Part shown: positions 16,451 to 25,602 of the stretch, one piece after another | How positions within the stretch are numbered: position 1 is the first letter of the stretch | Layout: the number at the start of each line of letters is the position of its first letter | Assembly: GCA_000992165.1 (NCBI GenBank) | Contig: LBTS01000026.1 | Coordinates: 1 to 38,657 of the forward strand | Origin: Candidatus Moranbacteria bacterium GW2011_GWC2_37_8 | GTDB lineage: Bacteria > Patescibacteriota > Minisyncoccia > Moranbacterales > GWC2-37-73 | Reading direction: 5' to 3' | Length of the DNA: 38,657 nucleotides | The notes under the pieces: generated by a model | Databases searched by the model: none | The model's input: only the letters and a program-made list of their open reading frames with translations | What the model was told of the DNA's origin: nothing | Made by a program: the position numbers and the translations under genes

Positions 16451-17584
16451 CTAGAATATTCCACCTAGGCCATATCGCATCAAGTCGTTCACAACCAAAT
16501 AAACCATCAAAAGCATCAGAAGAAAAAATCCAATCGTATGCAAGGTACCCTCAGTTTCTTGCGAGACAGGCGAACCTTTTATCTTTTCAATTAAGACAAA
16601 CAAAATACGACCTCCATCAAGAGCAGGAATTGGCAAGATATTCACAATACCTAAATTCACACTAAGAAGTGCAGCTAATTGCACAATTGAAGAAAAGCCA
16701 AGTGCTGTTGCCTGCTTGGTGAAATGAGCTATAGCAAGAGGTCCTCCGATATTTGATACGTCGCCCGCAAAAAGACTTTTAATCACAATCCCCATCATAA
16801 CAAGCACATTCCACATCACTACTGGCCCCTGCTTGATTGCTTCCCATGGCGTGTATTTCACAAAAGTAGTCTGAGCTAAGCCTATTCCCAAAAGACCTTC
16901 TCCGACTGGTGCTTCCAAGCGTGGAACACCAGTAAAATCGAACAAATCCGAACCTCTTGAAATTTGCAGCGTAATTTCCATTCCTTTATTGTCGGCCACA
17001 AAAGCTTGCAATTCCGCGATGTTAGCGAATGTTTGAGCGCAACGTGCGTCTTCTCCAACGCACTTTATCACTGTGTCGCCTTCCCGAATTCCCATCTCGT
17101 AGGCAGGACTCTTGGCAACCACGGAAGCAATTTGAATTTTTGTTCCAGAAACAGAAGTGTCATTTTGATCAACTTCTTGATTTATACCCATCGTCAAAAG
17201 CCATGAAAACAAAACCCAAGCCAAAATAAAATTCATCGTAACACCCGCAGCTAAAACTTTTATTCGAATCCAGGCTGATTTTGCAGCAAAACTATCTTTT
17301 TCTTTTTTTCCTTCACCATCTTCTCCCTTTATTTTCACAAAACCACCCAAAGGAAACCAATTCAAAGAATAGATAGTATTTTTCGATTCAATATGCTTAT
17401 TGCCTATGACAAATTCCCATTTTCCTTTTTTTTCATCTTTATAAACACCTACTGCGCGAGGTGGAAAACCAAATCCGAATTCATCGCATTTTATTCCATT
17501 CCTACGAGCCACCACGAAATGACCTAGTTCATGAACGAAAACAAGAACACCCAGAATAATTAGAAAAACAAGGAGAGTCAGCAT
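16451..17584 (-). CDS. rseP: RIP metalloprotease RseP (M50, PDZ domain)
   Basis: HELGH, PLGGFVKI and NILPIPALDGG motifs. Confidence 0.95.
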   Translation of the reverse strand: MLTLLVFLIILGVLVFVHELGHFVVARRNGIKCDEFGFGFPPRAVGVYKDEKKGKWEFVIGNKHIESKNTIYSLNWFPLGGFVKIKGEDGEGKKEKDSFAAKSAWIRIKVLAAGVTMNFILAWVLFSWLLTMGINQEVDQNDTSVSGTKIQIASVVAKSPAYEMGIREGDTVIKCVGEDARCAQTFANIAELQAFVADNKGMEITLQISRGSDLFDFTGVPRLEAPVGEGLLGIGLAQTTFVKYTPWEAIKQGPVVMWNVLVMMGIVIKSLFAGDVSNIGGPLAIAHFTKQATALGFSSIVQLAALLSVNLGIVNILPIPALDGGRILFVLIEKIKGSPVSQETEGTLHTIGFFLLMLLMVYLVVNDLMRYGLGGIF

Positions 17585-17624
17585 AAATATAATAACAAAA
17601 ATACACCCATGAATTATGGTTTAT

Positions 17625-17733
17625 AATTTTGAATTTTTAATTTTGAATTTTGATTCAATTTTTTAATGTTTTAATTTTGAAACATTCAGTCATTCAGATT
17701 TCATTCGAAATTAGAAATTCATAATTCGAAATT
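17625..17733. repeat. 7-mer inverted tandem-repeat cassette (AATTTTG / GAAATTC type)
   Basis: aattttg aattttt aattttg aattttg ... gaaatta gaaattc ataattc gaaatt between frr and rseP. Confidence 0.7.
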
Positions 17734-17739
17734 ATCTTA

Positions 17740-18297
17740 TTAGACTGTCATCACTTCGATTTCTTTCTTAGCTCGAATATCTTCAATTTTCTTATTATAT
17801 TCCGCGACAATTTCTTGAACTTTTTCTTTTCCCTTGAATTCGTCGTCCTCAGAAATATCCCCAGCCTTTTCAGCTTCCTTAATTTCTTTCAAGATTTCCT
17901 CGCGAATTGAACGGATTGCAATGCGAGCTTCTTCAGCCTTCTGATTGAGCATTTTCACCATTTCCCTTCGCCTTTCCTCTGTCAACATTGGAATAGTAAT
18001 TCTAATCAAAATTCCATCATTAACCGGATTCAAATTAAGATCTGAATTTCTAATTGTTCCTTCAATAACACTCATAGCACTCCTATCCCACGGTTGAATC
18101 GTAATCTGCCGAGGTTCTGGAATGTTTATGGCTGCCATCTGTTTAAGTGGCGTCCTGGTTCCATAATAATCAATCAAAATATCTTCCACTAAAGAAGCAT
18201 TTGCGCGGCCTGTTCTGATTTTGCCGGTCTCTCCAATGAAATGCTCTATTGATTTATCCAAATCTTCCTTATGAGAATTTATGATTTCATTGTACAT
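17740..18297 (-). CDS. frr: ribosome recycling factor
   Basis: IRTGRA, YYGTRTPL, LTEERR and IRSIR motifs. Confidence 0.96.
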   Translation of the reverse strand: MYNEIINSHKEDLDKSIEHFIGETGKIRTGRANASLVEDILIDYYGTRTPLKQMAAINIPEPRQITIQPWDRSAMSVIEGTIRNSDLNLNPVNDGILIRITIPMLTEERRREMVKMLNQKAEEARIAIRSIREEILKEIKEAEKAGDISEDDEFKGKEKVQEIVAEYNKKIEDIRAKKEIEVMTV

Positions 18298-18354
18298 ATA
18301 ATGTAATACTTAAGAGTTAATTATAAATTTTAATTTTTATACCATAACCTGACA

Positions 18355-19419
18355 CTAGAATTTACGCAAACCAGCATAAATCCTTGCAGGATTTACTACA
18401 TCGTATTTTATTATACTGATATCCTTATTTGTGTCTAGTTGGAAGGTTGACCATTTCTGGCCGCCATCAGTAGATTTATAAATTGCCTTGGCTGATGAAT
18501 ACATTATCTCCCGGGAATTCAATGGGTTAACAGCAATAGATCTCACAGGAAATGCCTTAGAGCTTTCAATAAGATTTAGAGCATTCCAAGATCCATCGCC
18601 ATTGCGCCGGAAAATTCCATTTCCCGTTCCTGCATACACGACTCCAGGGAAATATGGGTCGGTCGTCAGAGTGAAAACAGAGGAAACATTTCCTATTTTA
18701 TCAATTTGTTTTGTTGCATCTTCCAAAGTGGCTCCTCCATTCCTCGTTTCCAATATTCCCGTTTGAAAAACTGCAAAGAAAACATGCGCGTCACTCGCGG
18801 CGTCAAATCCGATATTAACTATCGGCGCATTTGAATTATTTTCCATTTTCAAATTAACCCATGTTTGTCCACCATCAGTAGTTTTAATAATCACTCCATT
18901 ACTTGTCCCTGCGTATAAAATTTGAGGATTCCTATTACTAATAGCTAAACTTGAAATTGTAGTGCCATCAGCTGGTTCAGTGTAAATCTCTTTCCATTCT
19001 TGTCCCTCAGCCAATCTTTTGAAAATCTTAGCTCGGCCATTAAAAATTCCACTACCATACATTATATCAGGATTACGTGGATCAAAAAGTAATCCGTAGG
19101 CTTTATCGGCATACGCAATTTGTGTCCAATTTTCACCGCCATCTTTTGTGACAAATAACCCGTTTGCAGCAGTTCCCAAATAAACAATATTCTGATCAAT
19201 TGGATGAATAGCCATCGTCAAAACATCCACGCCAGCAATATTTTTTTTATCATCAATCTTAATTTTTGGATTCCAAACTCCGCCTCCATCCTCTGATTTC
19301 AAAAATGTTGCATTAGCTATAGTATTTTTCACTGGCAAAACTGAAGTTGGCAAGCTGCAACCTGAAAGCAAAAAAGTTATCCCGAATAATGACAAGGCTA
19401 AGAATATTCTTTTGTTCAT
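18355..19419 (-). CDS. BNR/Asp-box beta-propeller lipoprotein
   Basis: Lipobox LSGC; repeated SxDGGxxW boxes; start taken at MNKR. Confidence 0.8.
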   Translation of the reverse strand: MNKRIFLALSLFGITFLLSGCSLPTSVLPVKNTIANATFLKSEDGGGVWNPKIKIDDKKNIAGVDVLTMAIHPIDQNIVYLGTAANGLFVTKDGGENWTQIAYADKAYGLLFDPRNPDIMYGSGIFNGRAKIFKRLAEGQEWKEIYTEPADGTTISSLAISNRNPQILYAGTSNGVIIKTTDGGQTWVNLKMENNSNAPIVNIGFDAASDAHVFFAVFQTGILETRNGGATLEDATKQIDKIGNVSSVFTLTTDPYFPGVVYAGTGNGIFRRNGDGSWNALNLIESSKAFPVRSIAVNPLNSREIMYSSAKAIYKSTDGGQKWSTFQLDTNKDISIIKYDVVNPARIYAGLRKF

Positions 19420-19485
19420 ATTTTTTTCTTTTACTAAATTCATTTATGTTAATTATAGCAAAGAATTGGCAAATAATCCATATAG

Positions 19486-19513
19486 TTGACGAGTTTTTTG
19501 TTTCTGATATAAT
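19486..19513 (+). promoter_or_regulatory. tRNA-Lys promoter
   Basis: TTGACG-16 bp-TATAAT with extended -10 TG. Confidence 0.75.
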
Positions 19514-19553
19514 GAACCTTGTTACACAAAAAGCTTTCGATATTCATTGCTAT

Positions 19554-19626
19554 GGGCACATAGCTCAGTTGGTAGAGCAGCGGCCTTTTAAGCCGATGGT
19601 CGGGGGTTCGAATCCCTCTGTGCCCA
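19554..19626 (+). tRNA. tRNA-Lys(UUU), CCA not encoded
   Basis: GGGCACA/TGTGCCC acceptor stem, GCTC/GAGC D-arm, CTTTTAA anticodon loop, GTTCGAATC T-loop. Confidence 0.96.
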
Positions 19627-19632
19627 CTAGAT

Positions 19633-19668
19633 AATTAAAGAACACCTTAGGGTGTTCTTTAATTTTTT
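19633..19668 (+). terminator. intrinsic terminator (bidirectional type)
   Basis: AATTAAAGAACACC-TTAG-GGTGTTCTTTAATT-TTTT. Confidence 0.85.
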
Positions 19669-19717
19669 AATAGTGACTGGGAGTTTTAATTTGATTGATG
19701 GACTTTATGACTTAATA

Positions 19718-20215
19718 TTATCTTCCTCTCTTATTAATATATACAAGGAAAGCCAATGGCAATGCTAGCCATAAAAACTTAGCCCATGGCGAGGTAAAAT
19801 AGAAAAGCGCATCCTTTGAAACAAATTTTATAAGTGTTTTTTCACCAATAAAAGCCGCTAAAATACTCACAATTAAACCGACTTCCAGGAAACTCATAGT
19901 GAATATCTGCCAATAGGCAAGCCCTGAACCTGACAGATGAATATCAAAAGTATATTTTCCTAAGAGAGTTAGCAATATGACCGAAATCAAAAAGAGCATG
20001 ACTGACAAATTAGGGCTTGTGCCAACCACATCTTTAGGAATTGCCCACACGAGAGAGAACGATATATAGATATTAATCAGAACGCTATGCAAACGAAATC
20101 GTCCAACCAGAAGCCAAAATGCGACAGTTATAGCCAATATAACCAAAACCAAAGTCACTATTTCAGCACTAGTAACAGAAAGGCCCAGTATTCGAAAAAT
20201 TTTTTCTAATTGCAT
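19718..20215 (-). CDS. hypothetical multi-pass membrane protein
   Basis: 165 aa with about five hydrophobic segments. Confidence 0.75.
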   Translation of the reverse strand: MQLEKIFRILGLSVTSAEIVTLVLVILAITVAFWLLVGRFRLHSVLINIYISFSLVWAIPKDVVGTSPNLSVMLFLISVILLTLLGKYTFDIHLSGSGLAYWQIFTMSFLEVGLIVSILAAFIGEKTLIKFVSKDALFYFTSPWAKFLWLALPLAFLVYINKRGR

Positions 20216-20347
20216 GATTTTGTATGATTAAATTCTCGTTTTTAATGTTTGTATTTTACCATATTTATCTCCTGCCGCAAACATACTAACTAGCAATGCC
20301 AAGCTTCACGTCTGTCATCTTAATACATCCATATCTGACCAAGCTCA

Positions 20348-20398
20348 ACCTCTCTGTCCTGAATACAGGACATCTCTCCTTATCTCAGGAGAGATAGG
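20348..20398. repeat. double-hairpin REP-like element
   Basis: TGTCCTG-AATA-CAGGACA directly followed by TCTCTCCT-TATCTC-AGGAGAGA, in a divergent intergenic region. Confidence 0.55.
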
Positions 20399-20421
20399 TA
20401 ATGAAGAAAGTTATTAGATAG

Positions 20422-20450
20422 TAGACAAAAGCTCATTATTGCTGTATACT
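20422..20450 (+). promoter_or_regulatory. promoter for the PEGA-domain gene
   Basis: TAGACA-17 bp-TATACT. Confidence 0.6.
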
Positions 20451-20484
20451 TGTTTCAGCAAACAATATATTAAGTTAACATATT

Positions 20485-21981
20485 ATGGAGCAATCTGAAC
20501 TGCCTAGAAAAATATTCTTTTGGACATTAGTTGTCCTTTTTTGGTTTACCGCAACTGCCATCATAGGATATGCCTTTGGATACAGTTTCAGTTTCGAAAG
20601 AGGTGTTTTTGTTTATACTGGCTCAATTACGTTAAACACCACTCCCAAGGAGGTGAATGTCTTTGTTGATGGTGTTTTAATGCCTGCCAAAGCGCTTAAT
20701 GTTATCAATAATTCATATCATATTGGCGGAATCAAGCCAGGCTCATATCTATTGGAAGTAAAGTCTCCGGGCTATCAAACTTGGTCAAAACGAATATCTG
20801 TCCACAGCGGAATTTCAACTGAATTTTGGAACGTAATTCTAGCTCAAAATTCCTATGCCAGAGAAGATTATGAATCGCCAGGCATCCAAAAATTCTTCAT
20901 TTCTCCACGCAAAAATCTAGCAGCCTTTTCACAACAAGTTGAAAATGACTTTTTGGTTAAAATTTTCAATCCAGGGACTCTTGAAATGGACCAGGTTTTC
21001 ATAGCCAATGATTACAAGTTCACAGATGACAGCCGCGAAAATATTGAATGGTCTCCGCAAGCTCATCGCATAATTATCCCATCTATCAAAGACGGTGAAA
21101 AAAATTATTTCATCGCATTGATTGATAATTCTGAAAACCCGTTAGGTCTGAAAGAATTAACTGGGCACGGCAATCTTTCCCGTGTTCGCTGGGATCCTAA
21201 AAACAAGGATGTTCTTTTTTATATGTCGGATGATAATCTTTGGCGATTGGATTTGAATAATATCGAAAACAAAAAACAAGTTGTTGAGCACATTGCAAGT
21301 TATGACCTCTCCCCTAAAGCACTCTTCTATTTCCAACTTCCCGAGGGAATCGTATATAAAACAAATTTCGATGGATCTGATGCTCGAGAACAAATCACCA
21401 CATCTTCACCTGAAGATATGAATGATTCGTCTTACCAAATCATTGTCTATGATGATGATCGCATGGTGATGATGAACAAAAACCGCAATTTATACATATA
21501 TAATAAAGGAGAAATTGACACCTATTTTCACAAACTTTCCGTTAATGCTATCGGTTCGCAATTTTCGGATGATGGTAAGAAATTATTATTTTGGAGTGAA
21601 CGTGAAGTCTCAGCTTACTTTGTCCGCAAGTGGGAAGTTCAACCAACAAGGGCTGAGAATGAGACTATGCCGATAACAAACATGTCTGATAAGATTGAAA
21701 ATGTACAATGGACTCGTGACTATGAGCATGTCCTATTCACCAATAACAACAAAGTTAAATTGATTGAAATCGACAAGCGTGACAACCGCAACATGATGGA
21801 TATTCTTACTTTGAATGACAACAGCTCATTGCTAGTCGACAACTTCACTGACAATAAACTTTATTACACGGAAAAAAATGAGCAGGGACAAAATTCCTTG
21901 CACGCTATTTATTTCCCAGAGCGAACAAATTTCTTTGGCGACTTCTTCCAAAGCACAACAACGGTTGAAGAGCAAAAATAA
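20485..21981 (+). CDS. membrane-anchored PEGA-domain / TolB-like beta-propeller protein
   Basis: N-terminal TM helix, GSITLNTTP..V.VDG..PGSYLLEVKSPGYQTW (PEGA), WSP/FSDDG propeller repeats. Confidence 0.8.
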   Translation: MEQSELPRKIFFWTLVVLFWFTATAIIGYAFGYSFSFERGVFVYTGSITLNTTPKEVNVFVDGVLMPAKALNVINNSYHIGGIKPGSYLLEVKSPGYQTWSKRISVHSGISTEFWNVILAQNSYAREDYESPGIQKFFISPRKNLAAFSQQVENDFLVKIFNPGTLEMDQVFIANDYKFTDDSRENIEWSPQAHRIIIPSIKDGEKNYFIALIDNSENPLGLKELTGHGNLSRVRWDPKNKDVLFYMSDDNLWRLDLNNIENKKQVVEHIASYDLSPKALFYFQLPEGIVYKTNFDGSDAREQITTSSPEDMNDSSYQIIVYDDDRMVMMNKNRNLYIYNKGEIDTYFHKLSVNAIGSQFSDDGKKLLFWSEREVSAYFVRKWEVQPTRAENETMPITNMSDKIENVQWTRDYEHVLFTNNNKVKLIEIDKRDNRNMMDILTLNDNSSLLVDNFTDNKLYYTEKNEQGQNSLHAIYFPERTNFFGDFFQSTTTVEEQK

Positions 21982-21984
21982 ATG

Positions 21985-22015
21985 CAGTCATCAGTAATCG
22001 GTCATCAGTAATCAG
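21985..22015. repeat. 7-mer TCAGT(C/A)A tandem repeat
   Basis: cagtca tcagtaa tcggtca tcagtaa tcag. Confidence 0.7.
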
Positions 22016-22030
22016 ATGAGATGTCTTCTG

Positions 22031-22062
22031 AACCTGTCCACTTCATAAGTGGACAGGTTTTA
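22031..22062 (+). terminator. hairpin / terminator after the PEGA gene
   Basis: AACCTGTCCACTT-CAT-AAGTGGACAGGTT perfect 13-bp stem. Confidence 0.7.
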
Positions 22063-22081
22063 TAATGAGCCCTATACAGTC

Positions 22082-22122
22082 TCAAGTTCATAAAGTCTAT
22101 CGAGTTTGTAAAGTTTATGAAG
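22082..22122. repeat. 9-mer tandem repeat
   Basis: tcaagttca taaagtcta tcgagtttg taaagttta tgaag. Confidence 0.6.
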
Positions 22123-22132
22123 AGAAGGAAAT

Positions 22133-22237
22133 GTCATTCTGAACTTGCCAGTCTCGGCTTTAGTCTGATTTCAGAATCTATTCCTTCATATCTCCAGCCT
22201 TACAAAAATCAAGATCCTGAAATAAATTCGGATTGAG
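22133..22237. repeat. degenerate REP-like doublet (GTCATTCTGAACTT..TTCAGAATCT / AGATCCTGAAATAAATTC)
   Basis: Same architecture as 11811-11928; left unit has an expanded loop. Confidence 0.6.
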
Positions 22238-22252
22238 GAAAATTTTTGCAAT

Positions 22253-22304
22253 AAAAAAGGCCTGCAAACTGCCTCGCTATTTAGCGAAACAATTCACAAG
22301 CCTT
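22253..22304 (-). terminator. long G-U-rich terminator hairpin
   Basis: 22-bp stem fully paired only on the minus-strand RNA (6 G-U pairs), followed by a U-run. Confidence 0.8.
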
Positions 22305-22339
22305 GACCTAAGTGGCAAAAAAATCTATGCATAATCTGA

Positions 22340-22744
22340 TCATATTTCCAGAGTGAAGTAATCAAAGATGCCGGTCGGCTCAAAGACTACTACAAGCCTC
22401 GAACGTTCTTTGTTTTTCTTATGAAACATCAGATTGAGATTGATGCGGTTTTTTTCATTCTTGAAGGAAATTTCCGCAGAAATTCTGACCGTATTTTCCA
22501 ACGCCATCAGCAACTTCGCACATTCTTCATGTGGCATCATGCTATTTCGCTGACGACTAAGAATTTTCGAAGCTTCCACACCAAACAATTCAGATATTTC
22601 TCCCTCAGGAAATCTTTGACCGCTTGTTAGCCTCAGAACAACGAAATAAAACTCGTTTGCTTGTTTGAATCCTAATGAATCTAAAATCCAATCATAGTAA
22701 ATTAAAACGCTGTTGTTAATGACCAAACTTGTTCTCTTTATCAT
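22340..22744 (-). CDS. hypothetical protein (stand-alone transcription unit)
   Basis: AGGAGG SD before ATG at 22744 (MIKRT...); own promoter and terminator. Confidence 0.7.
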   Translation of the reverse strand: MIKRTSLVINNSVLIYYDWILDSLGFKQANEFYFVVLRLTSGQRFPEGEISELFGVEASKILSRQRNSMMPHEECAKLLMALENTVRISAEISFKNEKNRINLNLMFHKKNKERSRLVVVFEPTGIFDYFTLEI

Positions 22745-22816
22745 GATTTTCCTCCTTGAGGTGGGCTCATTACGGCCCATTTTTTGATATTCTGGCACTA
22801 TTTCAGCCAGTTGTTA

Positions 22817-22845
22817 ATTATATATCAATTTCCATTAAATGTCAA
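22817..22845 (-). promoter_or_regulatory. perfect-consensus sigma70 promoter
   Basis: TTGACA-17 bp-TATAAT. Confidence 0.8.
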
Positions 22846-22862
22846 GAGTAGCTTTGCACAAG

Positions 22863-22891
22863 CAAAAAAGCCTTTTGTAAAGGCTTTTTTG
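22863..22891 (-). terminator. terminator of the r-protein operon (after rpsI)
   Basis: CAAAAAAGCCTTT..AAAGGCTTTTTTG inverted repeat. Confidence 0.85.
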
Positions 22892-22914
22892 AGTATCGAA
22901 AGTATTTGTAATCT

Positions 22915-23496
22915 TTATCGTTTTGCCCACTGTGGAGCTTTTCGAGCTTTCTTCAGACCGGCTTTCTTTCGTTCAACTTCGCGAGCATCGCGAGTCATAA
23001 GTCCAAGGTCTTTCAAAGATTTCTTCAATTCTGGGTTGAAAACAACCAAAGCGCGAGAAATACCAAGTCTAACCGCTTCAACTTGTCCAGTAACACCACC
23101 TCCACGAACCAAAACTGTCATACGGAATTTTCCTTGCATTCCAACAGCCTTAAGTGGAGTCATGAAATTGTTTTGGAGGTTAATGGTTGGGAAATAGTCT
23201 TTCAATTTCTTTCCATTGATTACCAAATCGTTGTCAGTTGCCTTTTCGTCTGCATAAAGGCGCACTTGGGCAACCGATGTTTTGCGACGTCCTACAGCGT
23301 AGAAATAAGGATCGTTTGATTTCTTTACAACCTTTTCAGTCTTAACAGCTTTTGGAGCTTCAACTTTTTCCACTTTTTCAACTTTAGGAGCCTTTACAGC
23401 CTTAACAGCCTTCTCAGCTTTCGGAGCTGCGGCCTTAGCTGCCTTTTTTACAGGAGCTTTTTTAACTTTATCAGTTTCTGCCTTTTTTACTGCCAT
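22915..23496 (-). CDS. rpsI: 30S ribosomal protein S9 with Ala/Lys-rich N-terminal extension
   Basis: GRRKTSVAQV, GGGVTGQ, TRDAREVERKKAGLKKARKAPQWAKR. Confidence 0.97.
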   Translation of the reverse strand: MAVKKAETDKVKKAPVKKAAKAAAPKAEKAVKAVKAPKVEKVEKVEAPKAVKTEKVVKKSNDPYFYAVGRRKTSVAQVRLYADEKATDNDLVINGKKLKDYFPTINLQNNFMTPLKAVGMQGKFRMTVLVRGGGVTGQVEAVRLGISRALVVFNPELKKSLKDLGLMTRDAREVERKKAGLKKARKAPQWAKR

Positions 23497-23503
23497 AATA
23501 TTC

Positions 23504-23597
23504 AGGTTTTAGCTTTTTAGCTTTTTAGCTTTTTAGGAAATACATTCATGCCAATCCGGACCCCTAAGAAGCTAATAAGCTAATGCCTAATAAGCTT
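23504..23597. repeat. 8-mer inverted tandem-repeat cassette
   Basis: AGGTTT(TAGCTTTT)3TAGG ... CCTAAGAAGCTAATAAGCTAATGCCTAATAAGCT. Confidence 0.9.
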
Positions 23598-23598
23598 T

Positions 23599-23988
23599 TT
23601 AATGTGTAAATTCAATATTCTTAAAAGAGTGCTCGCTGCCTCCAAAAACATGCAGGCGAAGCATCATTTTATCACGCAATTTGTTCTTTGGAAGCATTCC
23701 GTAAACAGCATTTTGCATAACTTTTCCAGCGTCTTTCTTCAAAAGATCCTTTAGAGCGATAGCTGAGATACCTCCTGGATATCCACTGTATTTGTGGTAA
23801 ATCTTACCTTCTAACTTATTCCCTGTAACATGAATCTTTTCCATGTTAATCACAATAACAAAGTCACCTCCGTCAATGTGCGGGACATAGTCAACTTTAT
23901 TGCGTCCACTTAATGTCTTTGCTATTTCAGTTGCCAAGCGACCAAGCACTTTTCCCTGAGCATCAAAGAGATGATAATGTCTATTCAT
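23599..23988 (-). CDS. rplM: 50S ribosomal protein L13
   Basis: DAQGKVLGRLA, PHIDGGD, YSGYPGG, GMLPKNKL. Confidence 0.97.
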   Translation of the reverse strand: MNRHYHLFDAQGKVLGRLATEIAKTLSGRNKVDYVPHIDGGDFVIVINMEKIHVTGNKLEGKIYHKYSGYPGGISAIALKDLLKKDAGKVMQNAVYGMLPKNKLRDKMMLRLHVFGGSEHSFKNIEFTH

Positions 23989-23998
23989 AATATTATTT

Positions 23999-24084
23999 CA
24001 CTAATTTACACCAATTTCCCACCAATCATCACAAATATTTCATTCATTCGTGCGCATTAGTGATTTTATTCGTGATTATTCGTG
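23999..24084. repeat. 10/11-mer inverted tandem-repeat cassette (CACNAAT / ATTNGTG)
   Basis: Four CACNAAT units followed by four ATTNGTG units; same family as 36878. Confidence 0.8.
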
Positions 24085-24088
24085 CGTG

Positions 24089-24454
24089 TTATACAAATTC
24101 AATTACTGCCATAGCAGCTCCGTCACTTTTGCGCTGCCCCATCTTGATTATGCGAGTATATCCACTTTCGCGGCCGTCAAACTTCTGGGCAAACTCACCA
24201 GAAAGTTTTTTAACTGCAATAAGAGGAAGACCTTTGCGCAAATCTCTAAGGACTGCAACCTTCTTGGTTTCATCTTTGGAAACTTTTTTCACTTTCGTGA
24301 TAATCTTGTCTACCATTGGCTTAATTTCTTTAGCCTTAGCTTCAGTAGTCGTGATTTTTTCCCTCATAATGAAACTTCCCAAGAGTGTTTTCAAAAGAGC
24401 TACTCTCTGTTTCTTTACTCTACTAAATTTTCTGCTTCTTCCTAAATGATTCAT
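24089..24454 (-). CDS. rplQ: 50S ribosomal protein L17
   Basis: ITTTEAKAKE, GRESGYTRIIK, RKSDGA. Confidence 0.97.
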   Translation of the reverse strand: MNHLGRSRKFSRVKKQRVALLKTLLGSFIMREKITTTEAKAKEIKPMVDKIITKVKKVSKDETKKVAVLRDLRKGLPLIAVKKLSGEFAQKFDGRESGYTRIIKMGQRKSDGAAMAVIEFV

Positions 24455-24459
24455 ATTAT

Positions 24460-24542
24460 TAACTCATAACTTTCAACTTATAACTCATAACATCATTATC
24501 CGTTTTACAGTTGTCAGTTTTTAGTTGTTAGTTGTTAGTTAT
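24460..24542. repeat. 7-mer inverted tandem-repeat cassette (TAACTNN / TAGTTGT)
   Basis: taactca taacttt caactta taactca ... cagttgt cagtttt tagttgt tagttgt tagttat. Confidence 0.85.
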
Positions 24543-25511
24543 TTACTCTTGCTTTAGTGTAATTCCAAATTCTCCGATTGATTTTTTGATTTCTTTGATT
24601 CCCTTATCCCCCATTCCATCCAAAGCTCTCAAATCTTCTTCAGTCATCTTCACAATGTCTTTAACCTTAGCAATCTTGCTAGCTTCAAGAACATTAAGAG
24701 TTCGTGTTGAAAGATTTTTTAATTCAGTAACTTTGATTTTCAATGGGTCAACAGCTTCGTCAGCTACTGGCGTTTCTGCCACAATTTCAGCTTCCTGAAC
24801 TGCTTCTTCCACTTTTTCTTCAACTATTTCAATTCCTCCAAGCACTGAAAACTGTTCAACCAATAGAGTTACAGCCTTAGTGAAAGCCTCTTCTGGAGTA
24901 ATGCTTCCGTCAGTCACGATTTCCAAGGTAATTTTATTATAATCAGTACGCTTTCCAACGCGCATGTTTTCTACTTCGTAGTTAACACGGCTAATTGGTG
25001 TGTATACTGCATCGATTGCGATAACTCCAATTTCTTTTTCTCCGCGATTCTGTTGATCAATTGGAACATATCCCAAACCGTTTGAAATTTCCAATTCCAT
25101 CTCAAGTTCCACTTTCTTGTCAGTAATTGTAGCAATGATTTGATCTTTGTTTACAACCTCCACACTTGAAGGGCATTTGATTTCAGCTGCAGTAACCTTT
25201 CCTTCACCTTTGAATTTAAGGCTAACCTTAACTGGTTCGTCACTGTGCATCTTAAATCGAATCTTTTTCAAGTTCAAAATGATTTGAACTGCGTCTTCCA
25301 TAACACCATCCATGGTTGAAAATTCATGGGAAACTCCCTTAATTTTCACAGAGGTGATTGCGCTACCCTTTAAAGATGCTAGAAGAACACGCCTAAGCGC
25401 ATTACCTAGAGTCATACCATAACCTGGGTAACATCCCATGATTTCAAACTTACCACTCTTTTCGTCAATAGGAGTGTATTTTGGCTTCTGAGGAAGTGAC
25501 ACTGTCTGCAT
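24543..25511 (-). CDS. rpoA: RNA polymerase alpha subunit
   Basis: GYGMTLGNALRRVLL, HEFST, IDAVYTPI, RVGKRTDY; alpha-CTD present. Confidence 0.98.
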   Translation of the reverse strand: MQTVSLPQKPKYTPIDEKSGKFEIMGCYPGYGMTLGNALRRVLLASLKGSAITSVKIKGVSHEFSTMDGVMEDAVQIILNLKKIRFKMHSDEPVKVSLKFKGEGKVTAAEIKCPSSVEVVNKDQIIATITDKKVELEMELEISNGLGYVPIDQQNRGEKEIGVIAIDAVYTPISRVNYEVENMRVGKRTDYNKITLEIVTDGSITPEEAFTKAVTLLVEQFSVLGGIEIVEEKVEEAVQEAEIVAETPVADEAVDPLKIKVTELKNLSTRTLNVLEASKIAKVKDIVKMTEEDLRALDGMGDKGIKEIKKSIGEFGITLKQE

Positions 25512-25602
25512 ATCCTCTTTCTAACGGGCAGCTCATGGATATCTCCACAAGAAGCACGTTTTTCAATTAAAAAAGTTAAGGAAAACAAAAATGAAAACTT
25601 GT

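Noticed and set aside
19347..19634. ORF 19347..19634 (+)
   Set aside because: It spans the tRNA-Lys gene and its promoter
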